A stretch of 64,000 nt of DNA, taken from Ktedonobacterales bacterium. GTDB lineage: Bacteria > Chloroflexota > Ktedonobacteria > Ktedonobacterales > JADMIN01. Of the stretch, positions 12,772 through 21,848 are shown in pieces. The notes below the pieces were generated by a model. That model searched no databases, was not told the DNA's origin, and saw only the letters and a program-made list of their open reading frames with translations. A program made the position numbers and the translations under genes. The stretch covers positions 15,684 through 79,683 of the forward strand of contig DATGEP010000201.1 of NCBI GenBank assembly GCA_035310125.1, written 5' to 3'. How positions within the stretch are numbered: position 1 is the stretch's first letter; every line of letters begins with the position of its first letter.

Positions 12772-13539
12772 GTGAAGATAATGGAAGACTGGAAGGGAAC
12801 TTATCTCATGGACTCGCACGTGACAACGACAAAAGCGCCCACCTCGCGGAGCGCCGCGCAAGGCGGCGACCGGCTAACGCGGTGGCTGCTTATGGGCGGG
12901 GTGGTCGGGCCGGCGTTGTTCGTCGTCGTATTACTTGTCGAGGGCGCGACGCGGCCGGGCTACAGCGCGTGGCACCAGTTCGGCAGCGAGCTGAGTTTGA
13001 GCAGTCAGGGATGGGAGCAGGTCGCCAACTTCCTCATGTGTGGGCTGCTCTGCCTCGGCTTTGCCGCGGGACTGCGGCGGGCGCTGGGCAGGGGCAAGGG
13101 GGCGGTCGCGGGGCCGATGGCGCTGGCGGTCTTCGGTGCGGCCCTGATCGCCGCCGGGATCTTCAAGACCGATCCAGGGCTGGGCTACCCGCCGGGTGTG
13201 CCCGCTCTGACCAGCCCGACGCCTCACGGCGCGGTACATGCTCTGGCGGGCCTGTTCGCCTTCGTCTCACTAGGGGTCGCGTGCTTCGCGCTGGCGCGGC
13301 GGTTCGCGGGAGACGCACGCTGGCGCGGCTGGACGGCATACTCCATCCTGACCGGCGTGGTCGTCGTGCTGTCGCTCGTCTTCAGCAACGTTCCGTCGCT
13401 GTCCGATTTTGCCGGTTTGATCCAGCGCATCGGCATCATCACCGGTTGGACGTGGATCGTCCTGCTCGCTCGTGGGTATCTGCTGCGCCAGACCCACCCA
13501 TCGGCCACTGCGGCGCATTCCTTAGCGGGCCAGGACTGA
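12772..13539 (+). CDS. DUF998-like integral membrane protein
   Basis: 255-aa ORF with about 6 hydrophobic helices. The N-terminal region (LLVEGATRPGYSAWHQFGSELS) is typical of DUF998. The start may be the ATG at 12808. Confidence 0.7.
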   Translation: MKIMEDWKGTYLMDSHVTTTKAPTSRSAAQGGDRLTRWLLMGGVVGPALFVVVLLVEGATRPGYSAWHQFGSELSLSSQGWEQVANFLMCGLLCLGFAAGLRRALGRGKGAVAGPMALAVFGAALIAAGIFKTDPGLGYPPGVPALTSPTPHGAVHALAGLFAFVSLGVACFALARRFAGDARWRGWTAYSILTGVVVVLSLVFSNVPSLSDFAGLIQRIGIITGWTWIVLLARGYLLRQTHPSATAAHSLAGQD

Positions 13540-13589
13540 TGGGCCGCCCATCATCGCTGCTGCCTTCCCAATAGCAGCGTACATCAAAG

Positions 13590-13626
13590 CACATCCCCTC
13601 TCCGATCTAGCCCGGGAGGGGATGTG
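13590..13626. terminator. hairpin between the convergent DUF998 gene and pyrG
   Basis: The arms are cacatcccctc and gaggggatgtg, 11 bp, with additional inner ccg/cgg pairing. It lies between two convergent stop codons. Confidence 0.5.
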
Positions 13627-13637
13627 AATACACATGA

Positions 13638-15341
13638 CTACTCCGCGAGGCTACCCGCCACCGCCGTCTCGGCCTGGGCATCGTGACCGTTGGCGACATG
13701 GCGCGCTGGCTCTTCGACGGGCCGCGCCCCTTCACGCGAGCGGCGCAGCGCCGCCGCCACGAACTCGCGGAACAGCGGATGCGGGCGCGTAGGGCGGCTC
13801 TTGAACTCCGGGTGAAACTGCGTGCCCACGAACCATGGATGGTCTTTCAGCTCAATGATCTCAATCAGGCGACCATCCGCCGAGCGTCCGCATAGAACCA
13901 TGCCCTCTTTCTCCATGCGCTTACGATACGCATTGTTGAACTCGTAGCGGTGGCGGTGGCGCTCGAAAATGATTGGCTGGCCGTACGCCTGCTCCACCTT
14001 GCTGCCAGGCGCCAAACAGCACACCCACTGGCCCAGCCGCATCGTGCCGCCCTTATCAGCCACATTGCGCTGATTCACCATCAAATCAATCACCGAATTG
14101 TGGCCGTTCGCGTCGAACTCGGAGCTGTTCGCGTCCTTCAGGCCCAGCACATCGCGGGCGAACTCGATGACGGCGACCTGCATACCGAGGCACAAGCCCA
14201 GGTATGGGATGCTTTCCTGGCGGGCCAGCCGCGCCGCCATGATCTTGCCCTCGATACCGCGGTTCCCAAAGCCGCCCGGCACGATTATGCCGTCAGCAGC
14301 CCGTAGCAGCGGCTCGTAGTCCGCCCAGGCCGTCTCAATCGTCTCGGAGTTGACCCACTCGATTTCGATATCCACGCCATTTGCCCAACCCGCGTGGTGC
14401 AGCGCCTCCACCACCGAGAGGTACGCGTCGTGCAGGGCGACATACTTGCCCACCAGCGCGATGCGTACCGTCGGCTTCGTCGCCTCGATGCTCGCCACGA
14501 GCTGGCGCCACTCGTCCAGCTCGGCGGCATGCTCTGGATGCAGGCGCAGCGTTTCCACGAGATAGTCGCCAAGCCCCGCGCTCTCCAACATCAGCGGCAC
14601 TTCGTAGATGCTGCTGGCCGTCACCAGGGGAATCACCGCGCGTTGCTGGATATTACAAAAGAGGGCGATCTTCTCGCGGATATCGTCACTGACGGGGTAA
14701 TCCGAGCGGCAGAGAATAACGTCCGGTTGGATGCCAGCCCGCAATAACTCTTTGACGCTGTGCTGCGTCGGCTTCGTCTTCAGCTCTCTCGTAGCGCCGA
14801 TGTAGGGCAGCAGCGTCACATGGATGTAGAGCACATCGTCGCGCCCGACTTCACTGCGCATCTGACGGATGGCCTCCAGGAACGGCTCACCCTCGATGTC
14901 ACCGACGGTGCCGCCGACCTCGCAGATCACCACATCGGCGCCAGTGGTAGCGGCCTGTTCTTTGATGCGCGCTTTGATCTCATTGGTAATGTGGGGAATG
15001 ACCTGTATCGTGCCACCAAGATATTCGCCGCGCCGCTCCTTGGCGATGACATTGGCATAGACCTGACCTGTCGTCACATTGCTTGCCTGGCTGGCGGCCT
15101 CATCGGTAAAGCGCTCGTAATGCCCCAGGTCAAGGTCAGTTTCGGCGCCATCGTCGGTGACAAAGACCTCACCATGCTGATAGGGAGACATTGTGCCTGG
15201 GTCTACATTGATGTACGGGTCCAGCTTCATAATCGCGACGGACAATCCGCGGCTCTTCAGCAACCGCCCGATGGACGCGACAGCGATCCCTTTACCGACG
15301 GAAGACGCTACGCCGCCCGTAACAAACAAGAACTTCGGCAT
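13638..15341 (-). CDS. pyrG: CTP synthase
   Basis: The canonical N-terminus [18 protein letters not shown] begins at the internal ATG 15341, preceded by GGGGG 8 nt upstream. The C-terminal glutamine amidotransferase carries GLCLGMQ. The 83 extra codons in the ORF track look non-coding. Confidence 0.95.
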   Translation of the reverse strand: MPKFLFVTGGVASSVGKGIAVASIGRLLKSRGLSVAIMKLDPYINVDPGTMSPYQHGEVFVTDDGAETDLDLGHYERFTDEAASQASNVTTGQVYANVIAKERRGEYLGGTIQVIPHITNEIKARIKEQAATTGADVVICEVGGTVGDIEGEPFLEAIRQMRSEVGRDDVLYIHVTLLPYIGATRELKTKPTQHSVKELLRAGIQPDVILCRSDYPVSDDIREKIALFCNIQQRAVIPLVTASSIYEVPLMLESAGLGDYLVETLRLHPEHAAELDEWRQLVASIEATKPTVRIALVGKYVALHDAYLSVVEALHHAGWANGVDIEIEWVNSETIETAWADYEPLLRAADGIIVPGGFGNRGIEGKIMAARLARQESIPYLGLCLGMQVAVIEFARDVLGLKDANSSEFDANGHNSVIDLMVNQRNVADKGGTMRLGQWVCCLAPGSKVEQAYGQPIIFERHRHRYEFNNAYRKRMEKEGMVLCGRSADGRLIEIIELKDHPWFVGTQFHPEFKSRPTRPHPLFREFVAAALRRSREGARPVEEPARHVANGHDAQAETAVAGSLAE

Positions 15342-15593
15342 GACAGTGCCCCCTACTGCACCTGGCCCGGCAGACATTTCCGGTTCGACATCACCCATTC
15401 GTATGCTGTGCCGGTTCCTCCAGCGCGCGACCAGCACCCGTGTGCCAGCCACGTCATACGTCCCATTAGCTTTCGTATTCGCTTTGGCGTTTGTTCTCGC
15501 CCCTTGGCTCACTAAAGCCGGAGCACTTGCGCGAGCTTCAATCCCGTCCCGCCTACGCACCGTCAGTGTATAGTCGAGACATCCCTCCAAAGA

Positions 15594-15632
15594 GGAGGGG
15601 CTAGGAACCCGTCATTCGGGTCTAGCCCCTCC
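15594..15632 (-). terminator. hairpin after the MBL hydrolase gene, at the 5' end of the pyrG leader
   Basis: The arms are ggaggggctag and ctagcccctcc, 11 bp, plus inner accc/gggt pairing. It sits 12 nt after the stop at 15644 and is followed on the minus strand by TCTTTGG. Confidence 0.5.
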
Positions 15633-15643
15633 ATTCTGCTTGC

Positions 15644-16291
15644 TCACCCGCGAAAGGTGAGGAGTATCACCTGCGGTTCGGTTGGCAGACTCGCCTTCGT
15701 AATCGCCACTTTCGGCAGCGGTTCCGGAGCTTCGACGCTCATCTCCCGCAGAAACTTATCTACCGGATCGAGCTGCGAGCCATTGGGCTTAAACGCTGGC
15801 GTGGCGTAATGCATCGGCACGATGATGCGCGGCTCGATCTGCGCGACCACCTCGACCGCGCTCGCGGCATCAAGCGCGGCGCCACCGCCTACCGGGATGA
15901 GCAGCACATCGGCGCCGCTCAGCGCCTCCTGGGCAGCATCGTCCAGTGGACCACCCAGGTCGCCCAGATGACAAATCTGCACCTCATCCATCGTAATGAG
16001 ATATGCCGTGTTGCGCCCCAGCACACGCCCCCGCTCGCGGTCGTGATAGGTCTGCACGCCCGAGATCAAAATCTGCTTGACCTCGTATTCGCCTGGCCCA
16101 TCCAGCACCTTCGGCTCGCCATTGATCGCTTTGACATAGTCATGCCCGGGATGGTGGTGACTGATGGTGAGGATGTCGGCGGAGGGACGACCGAGCGAGT
16201 ACCCGGTTGCCGGTGCGGGAGGATCGGTGATGAGAGTGGCATCTCTGCCACGAAGGCGGAAGCACGAATGCCCCAGCCAGGATAATTCCAT
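15644..16291 (-). CDS. metallo-beta-lactamase fold hydrolase (UPF0173-like)
   Basis: 215-aa ORF reading MELSWLGHSCFRL...ITDP with an HHHPGHD metal motif. Confidence 0.85.
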   Translation of the reverse strand: MELSWLGHSCFRLRGRDATLITDPPAPATGYSLGRPSADILTISHHHPGHDYVKAINGEPKVLDGPGEYEVKQILISGVQTYHDRERGRVLGRNTAYLITMDEVQICHLGDLGGPLDDAAQEALSGADVLLIPVGGGAALDAASAVEVVAQIEPRIIVPMHYATPAFKPNGSQLDPVDKFLREMSVEAPEPLPKVAITKASLPTEPQVILLTFRG

Positions 16292-16435
16292 GCGTTCTGG
16301 TCCCCTGATGGCCCCAACGACGTAGGCGGGGTATCGTCAGCGCGTGCGCCTCCCGTTCCCCGCCCTAACGGATAGTCTACCACATGGCCGCTCAGTCGCA
16401 CAAGGTTTTCCGGACCGTTTATGGAGTACTTTCGA

Positions 16436-16741
16436 TCAGGATTGCTGCTCCGATTTCCAGGTGCGGAAGAGCCGCAGGAGCTCCTGTGTGGCGGGTTCCT
16501 GTTCCACTACCGCCATCCGCTCGTCGAGCCTACCGAGGGCGTGCACTATCACATCTACCTGCTCCACATAGGTCACACAGGGAGGGCACGTCGCTAAATG
16601 CGCCTCGAACCGCGCTCGGTCGTGTTCTGGAAGCAGCCCTTCCTGGTAGGCAGTCACCAGCTCCACTAGCTCTTTGCAGGTCAACTCTTCGCCGTCGCTC
16701 GCCGCCTGCTCGGCATGTGCCCCTTGTGCATCCATAGTCAT
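16436..16741 (-). CDS. cytoplasmic zinc-binding anti-sigma factor (ZAS)
   Basis: 101 aa with no transmembrane segment. It carries the HX3CX2C motif (HLATCPPC) plus an upstream Cys22. Its ATG overlaps the sigma-gene stop in ATGA (16738-16741). Confidence 0.8.
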   Translation of the reverse strand: MTMDAQGAHAEQAASDGEELTCKELVELVTAYQEGLLPEHDRARFEAHLATCPPCVTYVEQVDVIVHALGRLDERMAVVEQEPATQELLRLFRTWKSEQQS

Positions 16742-17469
16742 CGCTCCTGCTCGAAGTAGTGCTCCAGCGCTCGGCGGACCCGTGAACGCGCACGATGCAA
16801 CAGCACTCGTTGATTCGTCTCGGTAAGTTGCAGGAGATTACACACTTCTGTGGACGACAATCCCTCGATATCGCGCAGCGTAATGACTTCGCGCTGGCTA
16901 TCCGGCAGCGCGGCAACCGCTCGTTCGAGGTAGGCGCGCGTTTCCCCGGCCAGTGCGGCGTCCTCCGGCGAGACGCTCCACGCCCTGGGTGGCGATATCC
17001 ACCAGCCGCGCTGACTGTCACCCTCCAACGACTGAAAACGATCAGGATCTACCGCAGGCTCGTCGTCATCAGCGGCGTTCCATACGTCTGAGAAAGGGAT
17101 CAGCCGCCCTTCGCGCTCTGCGCTCGTTTTGGCGCGATTGATCAGTATGCGGAAGATCCACGTCTTGAGCGAGGCGCGTGCCTCAAACTTATCAATGCCT
17201 TTGAGAACGCCTAGCCAGGTATCCTGCACCACTTCCTGCGCAACCGCCGCATCATGCACATACGTCAGCGCGAGGCGATGAAGCGATGGCTGGTAGCGAC
17301 CAACCAATGTCGCAAACGCCGCCTCGTCACCGCCACGGAGCGCTTCCAGAAGCATCTGATCCTCGGCTTGACGTGATGCCGGGGTAGCTGCCGCACCGGA
17401 GGCAGCCAATGTCCCTTGGGTCAAACGTCTGCCATCGGGCGGAGAGAAGGAGACAGCGTCAGAGTCCAT
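16738..17469 (-). CDS. ECF-type RNA polymerase sigma-70 factor
   Basis: The sigma-2 region reads YQPSLHRLALTYV..DAAVAQEVVQDTWLGV and the sigma-4 HTH reads REVITLRDIEGLSSTEVCNLL. I prefer the internal ATG at 17469 to the ORF-track start at 17586. Confidence 0.85.
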   Translation of the reverse strand: MDSDAVSFSPPDGRRLTQGTLAASGAAATPASRQAEDQMLLEALRGGDEAAFATLVGRYQPSLHRLALTYVHDAAVAQEVVQDTWLGVLKGIDKFEARASLKTWIFRILINRAKTSAEREGRLIPFSDVWNAADDDEPAVDPDRFQSLEGDSQRGWWISPPRAWSVSPEDAALAGETRAYLERAVAALPDSQREVITLRDIEGLSSTEVCNLLQLTETNQRVLLHRARSRVRRALEHYFEQER

Positions 17470-17824
17470 AGACAAGTCTCTCCCTTCTCTGTTCAGACAT
17501 CGCGCTCTACCTCGCCAACGTTCGGGAGAGGTGGTCGCACTCGCGACTTCAGTATACCTTACGTGGCACCCTCGCCGAGTGTACATCGTCGCCGTTGAAG
17601 GGGCCGAGTCCGACCCGCTATTTCGCCGTAGCCTGATGTGGCGGCGGGTATATTGTCACCGTTGCTACCGTCGCTATTGCCCCGTTCGCTGAGACGATGG
17701 GCTGGCGGCGGTCGGCGTGTAAAGCCGCTTCCCTATCATGATGCCCTGGCAGAAAGACGCTGAAGCAGGTATACTTGCCCTCGTGCGCAAGAAGCAAAAG
17801 CCCAGGGGCAGGGGGCAGAAGAGC

Positions 17825-18862
17825 GTGCATCCGGATGACCTTGGCGAATTCGAGCTGATTTCCCGCCTCACACACGGACTCGTGACACGACCCGATGTGC
17901 TGCTGGGAGTGGGAGATGACGCCGCTCTTCTTGATCCAGGGCCAGGCGCGCTGATCGTCGCAACCTGTGATTCCCAGGTGGAGGGGCGTCACTTTCTGCG
18001 CCACCTTGCCACGCCACATGAGATTGGGCACAAGGCGCTCGCCGTAAACCTGAGCGACATCGCTGCGATGGGTGCGGAACCGCTTTGGGCGCTCGTCTCA
18101 CTGCTCTTGCCGCCCGCTCTAGATGTTGCTATGCTCGACGGCATCTACGCGGGTATGAACGCGCTCGCCCAGCGTTTCGATGTTGCCATCGTAGGCGGCA
18201 ACGTCTCCGGCACCGACGGTCCGCTGGTGCTCGATGTCACGCTGCTGGGCAGAGTTCGACGTGGAGGCGAGCTGCGACGCTCTGGCGCTCGTCCTGGCGA
18301 CCGGCTACTCGTGACTGGTGTGCTAGGCGCGGCGGCGGCGGGTGTACTGGCGCTCATCACCGTGCCCGCGGGCCCACAAGTCCCCCAGACGGCGCTAGAT
18401 GGGGCACGAGCAGCCATGACCGCACCGGAGCCTCGTGTGGCCGAAGGGCGAGCGCTGGCACGAACAGGAGTTGTAACGGCGATGCTGGATATCAGCGATG
18501 GGTTCGCCGCCGACCTGGGACACCTCTGCATGGCCAGTGGCGTCGGCGCGGTAATCGAAGCCAGCGCGATCCCGGTGGCAAACGAGGCACGGCAAATCGC
18601 CGTAGCGTACGGGCGCGATCCAGTGTCGCTGGCGCTGGCCGGTGGCGAAGACTATCAACTGCTCTTCGCGGTGCAGCCCGGCGATGTGGAGCTTGCCAGG
18701 GTTGCGGTAGCGGCGGCGGGCGGGATTGCGCATGACGTCGGCACCGTGACCGAGGCCGACCTCGGTTTGCGCTTGCAACTGCCGGACGGCGTTCAGCAGC
18801 CTCTGGAGCCGCGCGGCTGGGATCATATGCGCGACAGTGGGGACAGGCCGCTTGGCAAGTAA
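17825..18862 (+). CDS. thiL: thiamine-monophosphate kinase
   Basis: The N-terminus LGEFELISRL...GVGDDAALLD...ATCDSQVEGRHF is typical of ThiL. GTG 17825 follows a G-rich Shine-Dalgarno sequence. The ORF-track start at 17738 remains possible. Confidence 0.85.
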   Translation: MHPDDLGEFELISRLTHGLVTRPDVLLGVGDDAALLDPGPGALIVATCDSQVEGRHFLRHLATPHEIGHKALAVNLSDIAAMGAEPLWALVSLLLPPALDVAMLDGIYAGMNALAQRFDVAIVGGNVSGTDGPLVLDVTLLGRVRRGGELRRSGARPGDRLLVTGVLGAAAAGVLALITVPAGPQVPQTALDGARAAMTAPEPRVAEGRALARTGVVTAMLDISDGFAADLGHLCMASGVGAVIEASAIPVANEARQIAVAYGRDPVSLALAGGEDYQLLFAVQPGDVELARVAVAAAGGIAHDVGTVTEADLGLRLQLPDGVQQPLEPRGWDHMRDSGDRPLGK

Positions 18863-18920
18863 ATTGCTAGGGATTAGGGACGTACGAGTTGGATGTCGTT
18901 GGGTGTGATGGAGGCACGGA

Positions 18921-19610
18921 ATGGCCGGAACAATTGAGTTTGTAGAGCGGAGCGGAAGTATCGAAGACGAGATCGCAGGCCTAACCGAAGAGACTACCGA
19001 GCTGGCAATTTTGGCCGAAGACGCATTCAAGAACGCTGCTGCCGCCCTCTATGGGCAGGAGCAAGAAGCTGCTTTCATCGCGATAGAGCATGAGCGGACC
19101 TGCGCACAGATGGCCCGCACGATCCACACGCGCGCACTAACCTTGCTCGCTCGCCACCTGCCTGCCGGCGAGGAGATGAGGCGAATTCTTGAGCTACAAC
19201 AATTCGCCGCCGAGTTTGCCCGCATTGCGGAAGATGCGACCACCATCGCCGAGCAGGCGTTGCAGCTTCGTGGCATGGCGGAGATGCACCTCTTGCGCGC
19301 CGCTGGCGATGCTCCCTTGCTCCTGCTTCAGCTCGTGCGCCAGGCATACTTTGAGGTGCGCGGCAGCATCATCGCCACCACCGCGCGCGACATGGCCATT
19401 GCGCGCCGGCTCGTCTCCGAAGATGGCGAGCTCGACCAGCTCTTCCTCGCCTTCAAGCGTGTCGTGAAGGCGACTATTCGTACCGACGTGACGGTGTCTG
19501 GCCCTCTCCAGCGACTGCTGGTGGTTGGAGTGCGGCTGGAAGATATTGGGAACCGCGTCGTTGCCATCTGTCACACACTGCTCTACACGCCACCCCCGAC
19601 GGCGAACTAG
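18921..19610 (+). CDS. PhoU-domain protein
   Basis: 229-aa all-helical ORF with two PhoU-like repeats (E..D....A..A and the FAAEFARIAEDATTIAE pattern). Confidence 0.7.
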   Translation: MAGTIEFVERSGSIEDEIAGLTEETTELAILAEDAFKNAAAALYGQEQEAAFIAIEHERTCAQMARTIHTRALTLLARHLPAGEEMRRILELQQFAAEFARIAEDATTIAEQALQLRGMAEMHLLRAAGDAPLLLLQLVRQAYFEVRGSIIATTARDMAIARRLVSEDGELDQLFLAFKRVVKATIRTDVTVSGPLQRLLVVGVRLEDIGNRVVAICHTLLYTPPPTAN

Positions 19611-19620
19611 CTCGTCTTTC

Positions 19621-20091
19621 TCAAGGCAGTCCTGTAAATGGTTCCGCTCGCGTTTGAACACACTCGATAAGCTCCGCAAGCGCATTTTGCGCGGACAAGC
19701 GCGTCTGGATGTCCAGCGTGGCATCGGCGGCGAACTCGTCTTCGTCCAGCACCTGCGTTTGGCCCTCTGGCGAGACCCACAAGTCCAGCAGCAGATCGCG
19801 GCAGGTGACAGAGTCCGCTGTGATGGTGGCTGGCTCCGCAACATTGCAGTACCAGCCTTTCAGTGTGCTATCCGCCGCGTGAATCTGGAAAATGTTGTAC
19901 CAGCGGTTGCTGTAGAACCACTCGGTGAAGTGGTCGCCTGTCTCGAAGGTCGTATAGCCCAGCGCCAGTGGTCCGCGCGTCCATGTTGCGTGGAGACGCA
20001 CGCCATCAGGCAGGCGTTCCGCCAACTCGGCGTCGTACGAGACGACTTCTACGCCCACGGTATTTAGCTTGCGCACAATGTAGCGAGACAT
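19621..20091 (-). CDS. DUF402 domain protein
   Basis: 156 aa. The block GWYCNVAEPATI...RDLLLDLWVSPEG is typical of DUF402. Confidence 0.75.
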   Translation of the reverse strand: MSRYIVRKLNTVGVEVVSYDAELAERLPDGVRLHATWTRGPLALGYTTFETGDHFTEWFYSNRWYNIFQIHAADSTLKGWYCNVAEPATITADSVTCRDLLLDLWVSPEGQTQVLDEDEFAADATLDIQTRLSAQNALAELIECVQTRAEPFTGLP

Positions 20092-20109
20092 GCGAAAGGA
20101 TTCCTCACA

Positions 20110-21372
20110 TCAAGCGCCAGCCAGCCGCGCGGGATCAAAAAGATCGGCATCTGGATGCGCTCGCCCCTGGAGCAGATCAGCGACGACCCGCGACGCATGC
20201 AGCGCGTAGGCGTTGCCATGGCCTGTGTACCCCGCGGCGATATACACGCGAGGCGTGCCAGGTAGACGACCAATGAGCGGCAAGCCATCCGTCGAGAAGG
20301 CCATGATGCCCGCCCAACGGCGCTCGATGGGCGTATCGGATAATCCCAATGTCTCGTGAACGAAGCCGTCCAGGTGCCGCTGAACGGAATCGGCGGGCGT
20401 CTCGTCCAGAGAAGTCTCAGTCTCAAAGGACTGATTACGCCAGCCACCGACCGCCAGCCGCCCGTCGGCGAGCTGCCGCCAGTATTGATAGCCTTCGTCG
20501 GCGTAGTAGGGGCACTCGAACACACGCTCGGTAACAGGCGCCGTTACAAGCATCTGGCCGCGCGTCGGCGTGATGGTGCGCCCTAGCCAGTCCGCGCCAA
20601 CCCGCCCGGCAAACTCTGGCGTCCAGGCATTCGTGGCAAGCAGCAGCGCCCCCGCTGTGATGCTTCCAGCCGCCGTGCGTACGGTGACGAGTTCCTGGCT
20701 GGCCTCGATGACCGTAGCCGGCGACTCTTCGTAAATGATGGCGCCCGCGCGCTCTGCCAGCCGCGCCAGTCCGGCGACGAACCGCGCCGGCTGTATTTCG
20801 CCATCGAGGGGGTAGTAAGCACCGCCGAAATATGCCGCTTGAATGCGCTGTGCCAGCATCGTGCGGTCCACCGGTTCCGCTCGCCATCCATCTTCGCGCA
20901 TGAGCGGGATGCCGGCCAGAATCTCCGCCAGCTCGCCCTCGCTCGAGGCAATACGCAGACTGCCGTTCTGCCGAAAGCCACAGTCCCAACCGCTTTCCGC
21001 CAGCTCACCAATGCATGACCGTGCCAGCTCTGCGTTCGCGACGCTATACCCCCAAATGCGCCGAGTTCGTTCGCGTCCGTAGTGGGCCACGGCGGTGCCA
21101 TAACTTTCGGACGTCCCGCTGAGGAGGAAGCCGCCGTTACGTCCACTGGCGCCCGCCGCAACGTACCGCGCTTCGAGCACTGCGACACGTGTGCCGGCTC
21201 GCGCGAGCCAGAGCGCGGCTGACGTCCCTGTGATGCCCGCGCCGAGTATCACGACATCGGCGGTGGTATCGCCCGCGAGCGGCCCACGCGCGCTCCTCGA
21301 ATTATCAATATCCGCGAATTCGGCCTGCCAGTGTGACGTGCTACTCAACTCGTCCTCCCTCGTGCGGTACAT
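20110..21372 (-). CDS. FAD-dependent oxidoreductase (DAO family)
   Basis: 420 aa with the dinucleotide-binding motif DVVILGAGITGTSAALWLARAG. Confidence 0.85.
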   Translation of the reverse strand: MYRTREDELSSTSHWQAEFADIDNSRSARGPLAGDTTADVVILGAGITGTSAALWLARAGTRVAVLEARYVAAGASGRNGGFLLSGTSESYGTAVAHYGRERTRRIWGYSVANAELARSCIGELAESGWDCGFRQNGSLRIASSEGELAEILAGIPLMREDGWRAEPVDRTMLAQRIQAAYFGGAYYPLDGEIQPARFVAGLARLAERAGAIIYEESPATVIEASQELVTVRTAAGSITAGALLLATNAWTPEFAGRVGADWLGRTITPTRGQMLVTAPVTERVFECPYYADEGYQYWRQLADGRLAVGGWRNQSFETETSLDETPADSVQRHLDGFVHETLGLSDTPIERRWAGIMAFSTDGLPLIGRLPGTPRVYIAAGYTGHGNAYALHASRVVADLLQGRAHPDADLFDPARLAGA

Positions 21373-21494
21373 TCAAGCGCGGAGCCTCCGCGTCTGTTCT
21401 ATTCTACCCGCTACGCAAAGTGGCTATAATGTGATGGCGCTCAGTCGCGGGCGGCGTGAAATGGAGACGGAATCCGGCGAACGAGGAGAACAGC

Positions 21495-21845
21495 ATGGCT
21501 GGCCAACAATCCGGCGGGAAGAATGTGCCCGAGATATCAGTGAGCGAAGCCTGGAAGCGATTGAGCGAAGGCGGCCAGGATACGGTTCCCGCGCTCATTG
21601 ACGTACGCGAAACGTGGGAATATCGCAACGGTCATGCTCAGGGCGCCGTCAACATTCCAATGAGCGTATTTCAGACGCGAATCGCTGAAGTACCGACCGA
21701 CCGCGACGTACTGTTCATCTGTCAGGTGGGCGCGCGAAGCATGCAAGTTGCCATGTTCATGCGCGGGCGCGGACTTGAGCGCGCCATAAATGTGGATGGT
21801 GGCACCGACGCATGGCAGGCGCGCGGGCTGCCGATGGAGCGATAA
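21495..21845 (+). CDS. single-domain rhodanese sulfurtransferase
   Basis: It reads LIDVRETWEYRNGHAQGAVNIP with the active-site loop CQVGARS. The ATG at 21495 is preceded by GAGGAG. Confidence 0.85.
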   Translation: MAGQQSGGKNVPEISVSEAWKRLSEGGQDTVPALIDVRETWEYRNGHAQGAVNIPMSVFQTRIAEVPTDRDVLFICQVGARSMQVAMFMRGRGLERAINVDGGTDAWQARGLPMER

Positions 21846-21848
21846 GTC

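Noticed and set aside
12498-13574. 358-aa plus-strand ORF
   Set aside because: Apart from its first 50 or so codons (the DUF5615-like relic), it is an R/G/A-rich out-of-frame overlap of the hydrophobic DUF998 gene (12772..13539), which is the credible frame.
13638-15590. 650-aa version of pyrG, and similar N-terminal extensions for nusA, both ACADs, the kinase, cysM, Fsa, the zinc-ribbon protein and the sigma factor
   Set aside because: In each case the conserved family N-terminus begins at an internal ATG or GTG with a Shine-Dalgarno sequence or an ATGA overlap. The upstream extension is R/G/A-rich and family-atypical.
17587-17737. Possible TPP riboswitch upstream of thiL (contains CTGAGA)
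   Set aside because: The other conserved TPP-element blocks (ACCTGATCTGGATAATGCCAGCG-like, in correct order) are not present on either strand.
17738-18862. Possibility that the AIR-synthase-fold gene is selD (relevant to the selenoprotein call)
   Set aside because: The N-terminus is ThiL-like (GEFELISRL...GVGDDAALL...CDSQVEGRHF) and lacks the SelD Cys/Sec-Gly-Cys-Lys loop. It therefore does not supply selenophosphate synthetase evidence.
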